Shown: piece after piece, positions 12,228 to 23,811 of the stretch
Position numbering within the stretch: position 1 is the first letter of the stretch
Layout: each line of letters begins with the position of its first letter
Source of the DNA: Yuukianura sp. NJ FZ-2021
Lineage: Eukaryota
Assembly: GCA_046563655.1 (NCBI GenBank)
Contig: CM102283.1
Span: forward strand, 7,502,001-7,566,000
Length of the DNA stretch: 64,000 bases
Direction of reading: 5' to 3'
Position numbers and translations under genes: made by a program
Notes under the pieces: model-generated
Database searches by the model: none
Seen by the model: the letters and a program-made list of their open reading frames with translations, nothing else
Told to the model about the DNA's origin: nothing

Positions 12228-12748
12228 TGTGCGTTCTGATTCCTAGACAGAACAGGAGTTGTTTTAGTGATGAATTACAAGATACAACTAAAGTAAATAC
12301 TTTACTTTTGATTTACGTAGATTCGACCTGGGTCCAAGAGTTGCTGCAAAAGTGAACAATCTTTGATTAGTGCGAGAATTCAGAATGCAACACATGGGAC
12401 TTACAAGGGCCCTCACTCTATTTTTGTCCAAATCCAAGGGTCTCCCTTTCCAATAGTGAGTTTTTGTTATTTTTCTTTACCAACTAACTGCATTTGTATA
12501 AACCGACGCTACTTTGTGTACGTCCGACGGAGTTTATGTTGGGAAAAAAGTAAAAAATACCTCAATAATTGGGCAATTGGGGTACACAAAATAGCGTTGT
12601 CGTCGGTTGACGCCAACGTTTTTTAACTCGGAATTTTGTTTATTTTTGCTTACACCATTTGTATAAATGGTTGCTATAGTAACCTTAGTTGACGCATAAC
12701 GTAGCTTTAGCCACTTCGTGAATAACGAATCTCATGTTTTAAAAAATT

Positions 12749-15590
12749 TCAAAAACGGATTAGGCTAAAGGACACATTGCTGTTTAGTTTTTCGAAGTTT
12801 TTAGTATTGTATTCATATTTATTTTTAACGAATTCTATTCTAGAACCATCTAGAACAATCCTGCATTGTTTTCTAAAAAAGAAAAAAAAAGCACATTTAG
12901 AAAACGTGCCACGCTCCTTAAAAATGAAATTCAAAAGAAACAGAAACGCTTGAATTAATTGAAATTGCAAATTATGAAGCATATTAGTTTCGCTGGTTAC
13001 ACATTTTTTTTTCCAATTACTGCCGTAGAAATATTGCAGATGCAAGTAGAACAGGAAAAAGAGTCAGCAGGAGTACGTTAAGCGACAACCAGTAAGCACC
13101 AATCGGTGATCCCATTTTGTATGAAAAGGTGTGTACGGCTGAGGTGAGTACGTTGTACAATGGTGTACAGACGCCAACGTCTGTTTCAATCGTTTCTTGT
13201 GCAAACTCTACGTATGCAGAGACTTGTTCTGTGAGTTCATCTGTCCGCGTATCGAGCAAAGAAATTTTCGATTCCATTTCAGTAAATAGCGATTCCATTT
13301 TGTCTGCCAACTCATTCGTGATTTCGGAGTTAATTTTCTGTAACTCCAGCACCAGTTTACGAACCTAAATCACAAATTCCAAGAGTTTGAGCAATTTTCA
13401 AAATTTACACCGTATGAAATCGAAGACATTCTAGTTTATGATTTTAAGTGTTCTTACGTCAGTTCCATTTCGAATGTTATCTTGGCCTTCAGGAATGCTT
13501 GGATGGGTTAACGAGGAAGCTGGAAGTAAAATTTCCAGCAGTTCATCCAGTTCCTGTATATCAAAGACTTGATCGAGTTTGAACACAGTGTAAGCAGCTT
13601 CGCCTTTTTCGCATGCCCTAAAATGCACATTTCAAAAGTTTTATGAAATCTCTCGAACTTTTTTGAATGTTTGGAAATTGAATGTTTTTTGTTTTTCTTA
13701 CTTCAGAATATATGGCACGCTTGGGACGACATACGGAGATGTGGTTGGTGGTGGTGCTGGTGCTCCATTGACAAGCGTTCCGTTACTGGCTACATTTTGG
13801 AACGCTGCAACAAAAAAGTTGAAGTTTTTAAACTTTTGAAAGTTAAATTTTCAATTTGAAATCGAATTCGAAAATGTTTGATTTTTTTTACTTCCAGGAA
13901 CAACTACCACCAGAATTCCAGAAAGCAGAAACACTAGAATTGCAACGCTCCAAAACAGCCATCCCAGAATAAAAATTGCAAAAAGTCCACTATTGACACA
14001 TCCCATGATTAGTTTTCCAAAAATTTTCAAAATTTGAATTCAAAAGTTTCAAAAACTTACAAATTGAGTGCAAATGATCCCCATTTCTTTTTAGGAAATG
14101 CCAGTAGGAGAATAGTTCCAAGCAAAATTCCAATGAAAATGATGAGCATGAATACATCGAAGACTGTGACCGTATAAAATCTAAAAAATTAAAAAGTTTT
14201 TAAAATTTTAGGTAAATTCTTGAATTTTGGATTTCGAAAACATGAAATTTGCAACCTACATTGCGGATCCTGTATTTTTAACTTGAGTTTCAATTGACGC
14301 CAACTCATTTCTAATTTGTTCAATAGGAATGGCCTCCAGTGCTGAATTCATTTCATTTGCAATAGATGCGAGCTGCGTTCCAACTTCTTCTAAATCTTCA
14401 CATAACGTTCCAGCGATTAATCTTTGACGTTCTTCTGAAGTTCTTAGTGATTTCATCAGTGAGTCTTTTTTTAAAATCAGAGAACTCAAAGCCGGTATCT
14501 GAAATTAACCAATCAATTGACTAATCTTGATCAATTACTAATTGACTTTCATTTTGTAGAAAATTATCAGAAATTTTGTACAAACGTTGGTTTTATTGTC
14601 GAAGCGAAACATGATATCCAGAACTCCACTTTCCAATTCGGATGCTACAGAGTCACGTGACTCACCAATTTCTCGGACATCTTTGGAACCTAGTGAAAGT
14701 TTTGCCAATTTTCGTCGCAAAATCAAAAAACTAGTTTTTTAAAATTTGTTTTTCGAAATTGACTTACCATGGTACAAAGGAGGACAACCGCCAATAATTC
14801 TCACTTCTACGCTCAAATCGTTGTAGCTCTTTATTAGAACAGCATCAATTTGTTCTTTGGTTACGCCAATAAACTTTTCAGCATCTCCAAGATACGAATC
14901 CAATTCTTGTGACAAATCTTGAATCGATTTGTTCAGTTGACTGTTGCTGATTGAAAGACCAACAAGACACGTTCTGGAAAAAGTAAAGTTCAAAAATGGT
15001 GCTTTTGAAATTTTCTTTGAGATTGTTTTGTTTTTTTTTGCTTACAGGTAGAAGCCCAGGAACAAAATGAGGAATACTGCCAGCACTATTGACAAAATGC
15101 TTCTTTGTGGCTTCGGTTCCACTACAACCATTGGATACCCATACTGCTGCTGCTGGTATTGCCCATGATTAGGACCGCCGAATCGATTTGGCACAAATTC
15201 AGGCGGCGGTTGAACAGTTTTTGTTGTTTTGCGCATGAGCCATGAACAAGTACAACAAAGTCTTCCAATGCACCAGACGATTCCAATGACAATCAAGCAT
15301 ATTGCAAAGAATGCAGCAATTCCACAGTAGATCAGCGGTTGCACATTATTTGCAAGTATTTCTTCTACGTCAAAGTTACTTTGGTCAAAATCCAGCAAAT
15401 TGTAAGGATTAAGGTGAAATCCTGTGTAATTTTCCGGATCTGGGAAAATTCCACGCAGAGCGTTTCCTGCTCCATTATGAACAAGTCCAAGCAGGTCGTA
15501 TGTGTAGAGGTCACCAGAAGCGTACCAATCAACGGCATCTAAATCTGGGAGATTCGATTCATACGGTGGAATTGAACGCTGGTCGGCCAT
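12749..15590 (-). CDS. Prominin-like multi-pass membrane protein
   Basis: TM followed by Cys-rich WCIGRLCCTC, second TM, coiled-coil loop, TM pair near 14000, CPKRAIYSE/ACEKGEAAYTVFKL, and VGVCTPLYN..PIGAYWLSL. The last exon is uncertain (stop at 13017 or 12749). Confidence 0.8.
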
Positions 15591-16395
15591 GATCAGCTAC
15601 GTTTTGAACGAGTTTTTATGACTCACAAGTATGCAATTTTTTTTTGGAAAAGTTACAACACAAAATTGTATGTTTGACTGATTGATTTTGTCGGGAAACG
15701 GCGTTTATAGACGTGTGTATCAGATTTGACATTGGCGGATATGGACCAAGGCAGTGTAAGATAATTGTACTGATTAGATTTACAAGTGGGGTTTTGGTGT
15801 CGCTTAAGTGGAAATAGATTTTTCAAATTGATTTTTTGGATTTCCATCATCTACACATCTACCGTCGTCACATAAAATGAATCATATCATATCGTTTAAC
15901 TAATGTTATAAGTACTAATAACAGAGTATGACGGCAAACAAAACGAGTAATTTCTGGAATTAATTGTATGATTAACTGTTTCAGATCCTGGAAGAATGAT
16001 ATGTGGTCGGGGAAGTGGTCTGGAAAGTAACTGGAAAGTGGTAGGTGGTCGCAAAGTGGTAGGTGGTCGGGACAGTGGTTTAATTGCATGCTTAAAGTTT
16101 GCATTGGTTTCCACCGAATCAATTCACTGAAAAAAATACATGGTATTGTATTATGAGTGCATGCGTGTAAAAAATGTTTGAAAATTCGTGTCGTCTTGGC
16201 ACCCTTCTGTCCAGCATCACAACTAAACAAATTTTTTCTTGTATTTTCAGGGTCATTGACCTCTCGAAAGTTCAAACCAACAAGTCACAGCAGCAGCATA
16301 GCATCTCTTCAAATCACGTTTGAAACAAACCGCCAATTTTGAAATATCCTTGACACACTTTCCGCCATCTCGTTTTTGAACAAACTGTTTCGACA

Positions 16396-16969
16396 ATGGG
16401 CATGCTCTGCAATCGTCGTGGTGGATGCTTCGCAGCGGGCTGTTTCAAATGGGGATGTCCAACTGGACCGTGCTCTCCCTGTCCAACTTCCGGATGCTGC
16501 GGCGGTGGTGGCGTAAGTCTTTAAAAATACGTTAAAAATACGTCAATGAATGTACACACTAGTCAATTAACCGCAGTTGTTGAAGTCTGGGTGTTCTTTT
16601 TTACAGTCTCCGCCTAACATCTTCAACATGATGTTGGATCCATGCTACAAGAAGCAACTGCGCAACAGCATGCAGATTGTAAGTTGCCGTTTTTTTCAAA
16701 TTCTGCAAAACTTAAAAACTAGATCTACCATACTAAAAAAGAGTAATTTTTTTGAGTAATTTCAAGTTCTATTTTTTTTTCTTTAGGTGTACGGAGCCTA
16801 CTACGGTGGTTGGTGTCCTCCATGCGGAATGCCTTCAAAGAGTTTCCAAAATGGCTGCTTCAATCCACCGTGCTTGCCAAATTGCAACCCACCTCCAGAA
16901 CCCATTCGAATTGTGTTCAAATGCCCCACCTACTGCACTCCTCTCCCGGAACCAGTCATGACCTGCTAA
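16396..16969 (+). CDS. Small Cys/Pro/Gly-rich protein, ~123 aa
   Basis: Exons 16396-16512, 16607-16678 and 16787-16969 join in frame: MGMLCNRRGGC..CPTGPCSPCPTSGCCGGGG|SPPN..MQI|VYGAYYGGWCPPCG..CFNPPCLPNCNPPP..C. Confidence 0.7.
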
Positions 16970-17631
16970 CCAAAAACTCCCGCCAAATTCAAAACATCTT
17001 TCAAAATTCCGAAATTTCATAACTTCATTTCCATCCAAAATTTTCTGTAATTTTTTTCCTCCATTTGGTAATTACTTCCAAGTTACAGACCTCTGTCCAA
17101 AACTTGTTTCATGAAATTCATAAAATACTTAAAATTCATTAAAATTTTGAATTCAAATTCTGGAAACTCTTTTTTTAAAACTCATTCCTTGGTAGTTGTA
17201 AAAAAAACCCAAAACAAATCGTAAATGGGAGGAAGTTAAGCCTGCATTGGCAGTCACTGCCCCGAGTTATAACAAATTTGACCTTGGTTTTACCCGTCAA
17301 AAAAAAATTCAACCCGTTGGTGGTTTCTTCTCCCAGTTTTTTGTTTGTCATTTTGGTTTTAGTGATCTTTGGAGTGAAAAAAAATCGAAGTGGCCATGGC
17401 CACGAACAAGCACTAAGCTTACTAACCGAACCCAGCATAAGAACTTAAGCTATGCTTACCTTATGCCACCTAAAAACGCTTGTTGCATGTTCGACTTTTG
17501 TATTCGTGAGTCATTTCGAAAAAAAAATCATCCGTCTATCTCTGCCATACACGCAGTTTTTGAAACGTCTTTTTATCGTTGTACAACAGATTTTTGAAAT
17601 AAATTTTCAAAAAAGACTGAACTTTTTCAAA

Positions 17632-19118
17632 ATGAATCGGAAATATATTGGTCTCGGAATAATATTCCTCATTTTAGTTACAATTATCCTGTGCATTTTC
17701 CTTATCCCCTCGGCAAGTAAAGAATCTCATCAAGTTGTGATAGGCAATGAAGATCCAGTAGCTACCACCTTTGCCCCAGTGCCAACAACCCCCTTGCCCC
17801 AAGTGACCCCCACATGCTTGCCAGTATCAGAAGGAACCGATACTGGCAAGTTGCAGCTAAGCAAAGTTCGGATCGATGCTGCCGAACTGTACAAAGCTCT
17901 GACAACTACGTGTGCTGGCATATCGGTTCTGGAATTATTGGAAGTCGAGATTACCGGTTTGGCGGAGCTGAGATACGGAAGTTTCGAACCGCTCAAGAAA
18001 GTTGTTTTGCCGAACTTGCGACGATTTGTGTTTGATCGGTTAATGTTTCACGACGGACGATACACTGCACCGTCTGAAAAAACAAAGTATTTGGAAAATT
18101 TGTCAGAACAAATTTTGAAAGATGATTTTTTGTTTTTGAAAACGAAAAACGACTCAGACTGGACACTGGAAAATTTGTCATCTGAGCTGAACTTGGATTT
18201 TGTCCAAATCAAAATCAACAGGCTTCAAATTCTGAATTTGGATAGAACAACCGGCTTGGTCGAATTCAAGTAAAAAAAGTTTTGAATTTTTGAAAAAATT
18301 CAAATTCCACACGGTTTCTTTAATTTCTTTTTTTTTGTAGGAGAATCAAACGTCTGGGAAATGGAATTCTGACGTCGGTCAAGAACGATCCGAATTTCGT
18401 TCTGCGCAACTTGACTGCGCAGTTGGCTAAGCTAGACGTAAACCAGATTTTGCCAAAAGCTGCAACTTTGACAGCACTTGACCTCTACTACTCCAGTCTC
18501 TTTTCAGCCACCGCCGACCCCAGTCTAAATCTGCACACTTTCATTCCAGCATGTACTGGATTGACCGAACTTCATCTGCATCTATTCGATCCACCTTTTA
18601 CTGCTCTGGACACAAAAGATTTGGTTGGATTGACCAAGTTGAAGAAATTTTCGTTTCAATATGGTGGAGCAGCTATCGGCGAAATTCGTCTGATACATTC
18701 CACTGCCCAAGTGACCTTACCCAGTATAACTTACGTTTACATTGCAACTGAATGGGGCAAATTGGATCCAAAGTTGATTGAAGCTTTTCCCGCTCTTTTT
18801 CCAAATCTGGAATCAATCATCTTTGACAGCTACAGTACAGCTGATCACAATCGAATTTTAAATCAACTGCTGAAAATGCCTTCACTACTGTCAATCACTT
18901 TCTACTCGTATGATCTCATACCAAACAGCGGACCGAAAACTGGCACCGAAGCAGAAGCGCGAGATTCTGAAAATTCGAAAACGTTTTTGCGCCAAGCTGG
19001 AATTACTGCTGGACTGCACGATTTTGTACTCACACGAAGCTCGAACAAAGAGAGATGGCAAGGGCGCGAATTACGGTATTTTGAAAAAGAAGGATTCGCG
19101 CGCCTCACTGATGACTAA
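17632..19118 (+). CDS. Type II membrane protein with Thr/Pro stalk and divergent LRR-like ectodomain
   Basis: N-terminal TM YIGLGIIFLILVTIILCIFLI. Intron 18270-18340 joins the two ORFs in frame. LRR-like motifs LPNLRRF, LTALDL, CTGLTELHL and FPNLESI. Confidence 0.7.
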
Positions 19119-19377
19119 ATTTTAAACACAAAAAAAATCAATGCACAAATAACACAGGTACAATCAAAATAAGTTATCCATTTTTAGTCATTTCGAACTC
19201 GCCAGTTTTTTTAACACAGTATTTGAACAAAAACACAAATTTTACGCTAATCATGACTGTTATTCTTGCAAAAGCCAGTTTTAATTGAGTTACAAATGAG
19301 ACTTTACAGTATTTTTGAATGATTTTTTAAGTCTGTTATGTTTTGAAAGTTAGTTTTAGTTTTTTTGTGTAAAAAGT

Positions 19378-21415
19378 TTAGTTGCAAGTTTGACGTTGTG
19401 TGACGAACGTAGAAATTGGAAAGCTCTTCCGAATTCCCAAGCACTTCTCACGGTCAATGAAGATTGAGTTGGCCTTGATCCGAAGATCAGCTTCGATACA
19501 AGATTTGGTCTTGACAAGTTGTTGGTGACTGGCTTCAACTTCACCAAGTTTACGCTGAAGTTGTTCCAGTGTTTCATTGATGTCTTGAATCTCTTGGACA
19601 ATCCGGAAGTGAGCGTCGTCACGACACAGTTCAACGTCGATACGATGAGTACGACGTTCCAGGCGAGTTTGAGCCACCTAAAATTACAAAATTTAAGTTA
19701 AGAAATGGCAGCAAATTAAACAGTTTTCAAAAAAGAAAATTTTGAATTTTTGAAAAAATGTTGAAAAAAATTGAAAAAAAAATTTTTGAAAGAATTAGTT
19801 TTACCTTGAGAGCTGGCGCTTTGTCTTCGATTGCTTTTCGAATGAGATCCATGTGTTTCTCCATGTCGTAAATTTCTTGTTGAATTCCGTTCAGACGACA
19901 CTGAATCTTGTTCTTTGCATCCAGAAGTTCGGCAATTCGAAGTGAAAAGGCATTGTTTGTGTTGTTCCAGGCAGCCCAAGTTTCATTGGCTGCTTGGACC
20001 AGAAGATTGTCAATCATGGAGTGGATTCGTTCTCCACTGGCACGTTCGGCTTGGCTTCGACGCAGAAGAGCCTGGGTAAACCCAGCCCATGTTTCTGGAA
20101 TGGAAACCTAAAAAAAACAATTGTTAAGATTCTCATTTTAAAATTTGAAGAATTTTAAAGAATTTTGAAATTCGCTTACAGTTGGATCCACTTTTTCAAT
20201 GCCGGAGTAAAATTGGATGTCGCGAGAAAAGTTGTTGAGCTGAGCAGCGTTTGTGTCAATCTGATTCGCGTGTTCCTTTCGCTGCAAATCCCGTTCAAGT
20301 TCAAATCGTGCCGCTCTAAGTAAAATTCATGTCAACTTTCTCAGAAATGTCAAAATTTTCAAAATTTTCAAGTTTTACCGCTGACGAGCCATCTGAGTAT
20401 TGATTCCATCCAGTTGCTGACAAAGACGCTGCTGCCAATTTCGAATTGTCTCAATCTCACAAAGCAGCGCTTGCTCAACCATGTCATGAACCAAGTCAAC
20501 ACCTAAAATAAAATCCTTTTTATTAAATTTTTTCGAAATTTTTGAAAATCAAAAACCATGTAGGAGTGAATACCTATACGACTTTCCCGAGCATAAAGAT
20601 TTTCTTGGGCAATGTGAAGTGGCCCATCCAGTTCCTTGATCATGCGTTCCAGACTCTGTCGAGTCGCCAGTAGCTTGTGTCCATCAGTCACATTCAGATC
20701 CAGTTCGCGCATGATCTCTGACTTCCAGTAGTTGATGTCATTGAGCCGTTCTCCCAACTTCTTTCCCGAATCAGTTTGGCCACGAGTGGAGCGATCATCC
20801 GTTTCACGAACAAGGCGCAGTGCTTCGGCTCGGACAAGCTCGGCAGTATTCCGAGTACAGTCAGTTCCAACATACAGTTGGTTGTTATTGGCTGCCCAAT
20901 CAGCTGGAGAATACCTGAAAAACAAATTAAGATTATCAAATCCCAACCTTAATTAATCAGAATCAATTAATAAGTGAATTACTTTGTGTAAAGAGCAGTT
21001 CGAGCAGCATGTGGAGCATTCACGTTGAATCCAGTAACGAGATTCGGAAACTTGAGAGGTTCCGTGACACATCCATTGGAAGCATATCCGCTGTCATACA
21101 TGCAGTACTCTTTGGACATTCCCGAGTAGACCGATGTCTCCGGTGGTCGCTGGACAAGTGCATGTCGCCACGGAAGCGTGCGCAGTAAGCTGGTGACTCC
21201 TGGACGAGTGCATCGATCTGTCTTGGAAATCCAGCCTTCTCCTTTACATTCATTGATGTAACCACATGAATGCGTGCGTGGTCCATAGTCAATCTGGAAT
21301 GAAATTAAGATTATCAGGACAAGCTGTATCAATTAATCGATTAATCTGTAGTTTGTAGTATGTGTACCTTGTTGATGTCGCTGTACGGCAGGTTACAAGC
21401 GTTGATGCAGTACAT
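19378..21415 (-). CDS. Tektin (tektin-3-like)
   Basis: RYSPADW..N, KLGERLNDINYWKSEI, PLHIAQENLYARESRIG(V)DLVHD, KAPALKVAQTRL..VELCRD, DLRIKANSIFIDREKC; multi-exon. Confidence 0.93.
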
Positions 21416-22066
21416 GTTGAAGTAGAGTGTCCAAGAAAGTATTGACGAAAAAAAAACGTAAAAATTCGGACCAAAAGTGAAGCGATTATACCGGAGGAAC
21501 CGAGGAGTCCGAAAAATGATCCGATCGCTTCTGCTGCTCCTCCTGTTTCAAGTTTTTTTTTTTAAAAACCAAACTCACATAAACTCGATGTATCTGCAAA
21601 ACAAGTTCGTTTCTATGGCAACCATGAGATGGAATTTGCGAAAATTTCAAAAATTCAAAAACCTAACGAAAATTAACAACTTCACAGTCAAAAATTATGC
21701 TTGACAAGAGGTATGAACTTTATTTCAGTATTCCTGGAATCCTATTTCATATAGTATAGTAGTAGTGTATCATTACAATTAATCATACACACACATCAAA
21801 CGTAAGAATCAGTTCCAAAAACACTCAATTGGCGGATAGCACATTTTCTTCGAGTAGTATCCTAAGGACGTTCATACACGTTTAATTTCTGCCTAAACGT
21901 CCCTTATGAACGAGACAACAATAAGATTTACTTATAACTTACAGCAAATATAAATATTAGCCCTATAAGTAGATTTGGTTTCTTTTAACAGTGTAAAGGA
22001 AGGTTTATTTTATTTACCCATCTCCGATTCCCGGCTGTATAGATTTTGACCTAGCTTCTGTGGGGG

Positions 22067-23135
22067 TTACACGATGGTGTATAACGGCTTTGCGTAGGAT
22101 CCAGACTTAGTAGCTGTTGCTTCGTGAGCTTCGTATGACATTGGAATCCCTTGGAGTGCAAGTCGGTCCTTGATTTTCCGTCTACAGAAATATATATACC
22201 ACGTTGATTAGGACTACTTTTTTCTATAGAGTGGGGTCAACGACCTTTGGTGCGTCGTTGTGTGGTGACTCACCCGATAGCAAGATTTCGCTCCTTATTC
22301 TTGAAGTTACCAGTCCAAATGGAGATTCGATCCTGCTTGGAGCGGATATCCACAACAGCACCACATATATCGTCACCGTCATCGTCAAAAGCCTCTCCAA
22401 TCAGACACAACAACTGTTGGAAAATTATCATTCAGTTAAACCCGCCAACATTTACATGAATTACTGAATATTTTGCTTATGTACCACTTCGAGCCAGTAT
22501 GAATCCAAATTTGATTTGCCATGTTTGTTGAATGAAATGAGCCATCGTCCTCCGCGCCGATTCAGTTCGTCTTCCCACATAGGTTTGATTCCATCCTTGA
22601 ACACGAAGTAGGACCCTCCGACCCGAATCTCACTGGCACTTTTGATATGATTGTAGATTGACCAAAAGTCTTCAACAGTCTGAAAGGGGCTCACAACCCG
22701 GAGACACTCTTCCCAGGACTTGTCCTTGGCATTTTCAAAGTACCAGAATTTCCATGAATTTTGCAGCATGTGCTTCGGGCCTTCTTCTGCTTCTACTTGT
22801 TTTGGAACCGCTGCAGCTCCAGATGTAGCCGTAGATTCGGCCTAACGAAAGAAAAACGAAATCAGCGACTAATCACAAACCATATCCAGATTCAAGTCAA
22901 AACCAGCAAACTATCTAACGTATATCTAATCAAATCATCCCAAACCCAACCTTCAGATTATAACCAATACCCACCTAACTTCTTCAACTTACCACACCGC
23001 TTCATTTAGGATTTACGTTGGTTACTTCCTTATGATCAACATCACTATCCGACCAATCACCATCATTCTGCATCTCCTTCCTCATTCATTCCAACTTATA
23101 AAAAAAAAGTATTTTGAGTATTCGGTACTTACCAT
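22067..23135 (-). CDS. eIF4E: Cap-binding translation initiation factor eIF4E (class I)
   Basis: All eight conserved Trp are present (WKFWY, KSWEE, VEDFW, PMWED, GRW, YWLE, SIW), plus LLCLIGEAF and TKSGS. The first coding exon contributes only the ATG (23135-23133). Confidence 0.95.
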
Positions 23136-23627
23136 GATCATTGTCCTGCTTGCTAGAGTGTTTTCACTTACAAGAGATCCTTCCTGGGCTATAGTAATTT
23201 GGAGGTGATCTGAGGAGTAAAGAATAGGTTAATTGGTAATGAATTAATTGAGAAATGAACAATTAAGTTCAGAGACAGTCCGACCAGTGTCTGTTCTCAA
23301 GTAGAAAGGGGGTTTTACAGAAGTGGGGTATGCGGAGCTTCCTGGACGTTGCGTCTGAGCATATGCTTGTGAGATGGTGCTCAAATAGTATAGGGTTGAC
23401 TAATCCCGACAGACTTGCGGTTGAGGTAAGGTTAAGCAGCCGACATTGTTACCTCACAATGTACCATCTCCGCCATTTTTAGCGGCTACAATGAATGGCT
23501 ACACTGTGGAGACAACTTATGTTGCCACAGGGTATCCTTAAAACGGGTTCCAAAAAACAACACAACAACATGTTTTCGACGTTTTTCATTTGTTTTAAAC
23601 ATTTTTTTTACTTTCAACTCAATGAAC

Positions 23628-23811
23628 CAGTGTTGCTGGACGGATAAAATATTTCTTTCACGCTCTTGGAAAGTGGTATCAGGATCTTACTGGTTTCTTC
23701 CGAATGAAGCTTAATTTCGTTTAGCGGAAACTGGGTTTTATCCGGATTTATTGTTTTATCCAGTAGATATCACTTGAAAGAAATACTAACAAAAAGTATC
23801 CAGCAAAACTG
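23628..23811. mobile_element. Diverged copy of MITE family A
   Basis: Ends cagtgttgctgga...tccagcaaaactg; the interior aligns by eye with 63125-63310. Confidence 0.75.

Noticed and set aside
15995-16080. Short gtggtc/gtggtag repeats
   Set aside because: A few degenerate units; the overlapping ORFs are low-complexity artefacts.
8341-23135. eIF2B-gamma and eIF4E as a translation-factor cluster
   Set aside because: 12 kb apart, on opposite strands, with unrelated genes between; likely coincidence.
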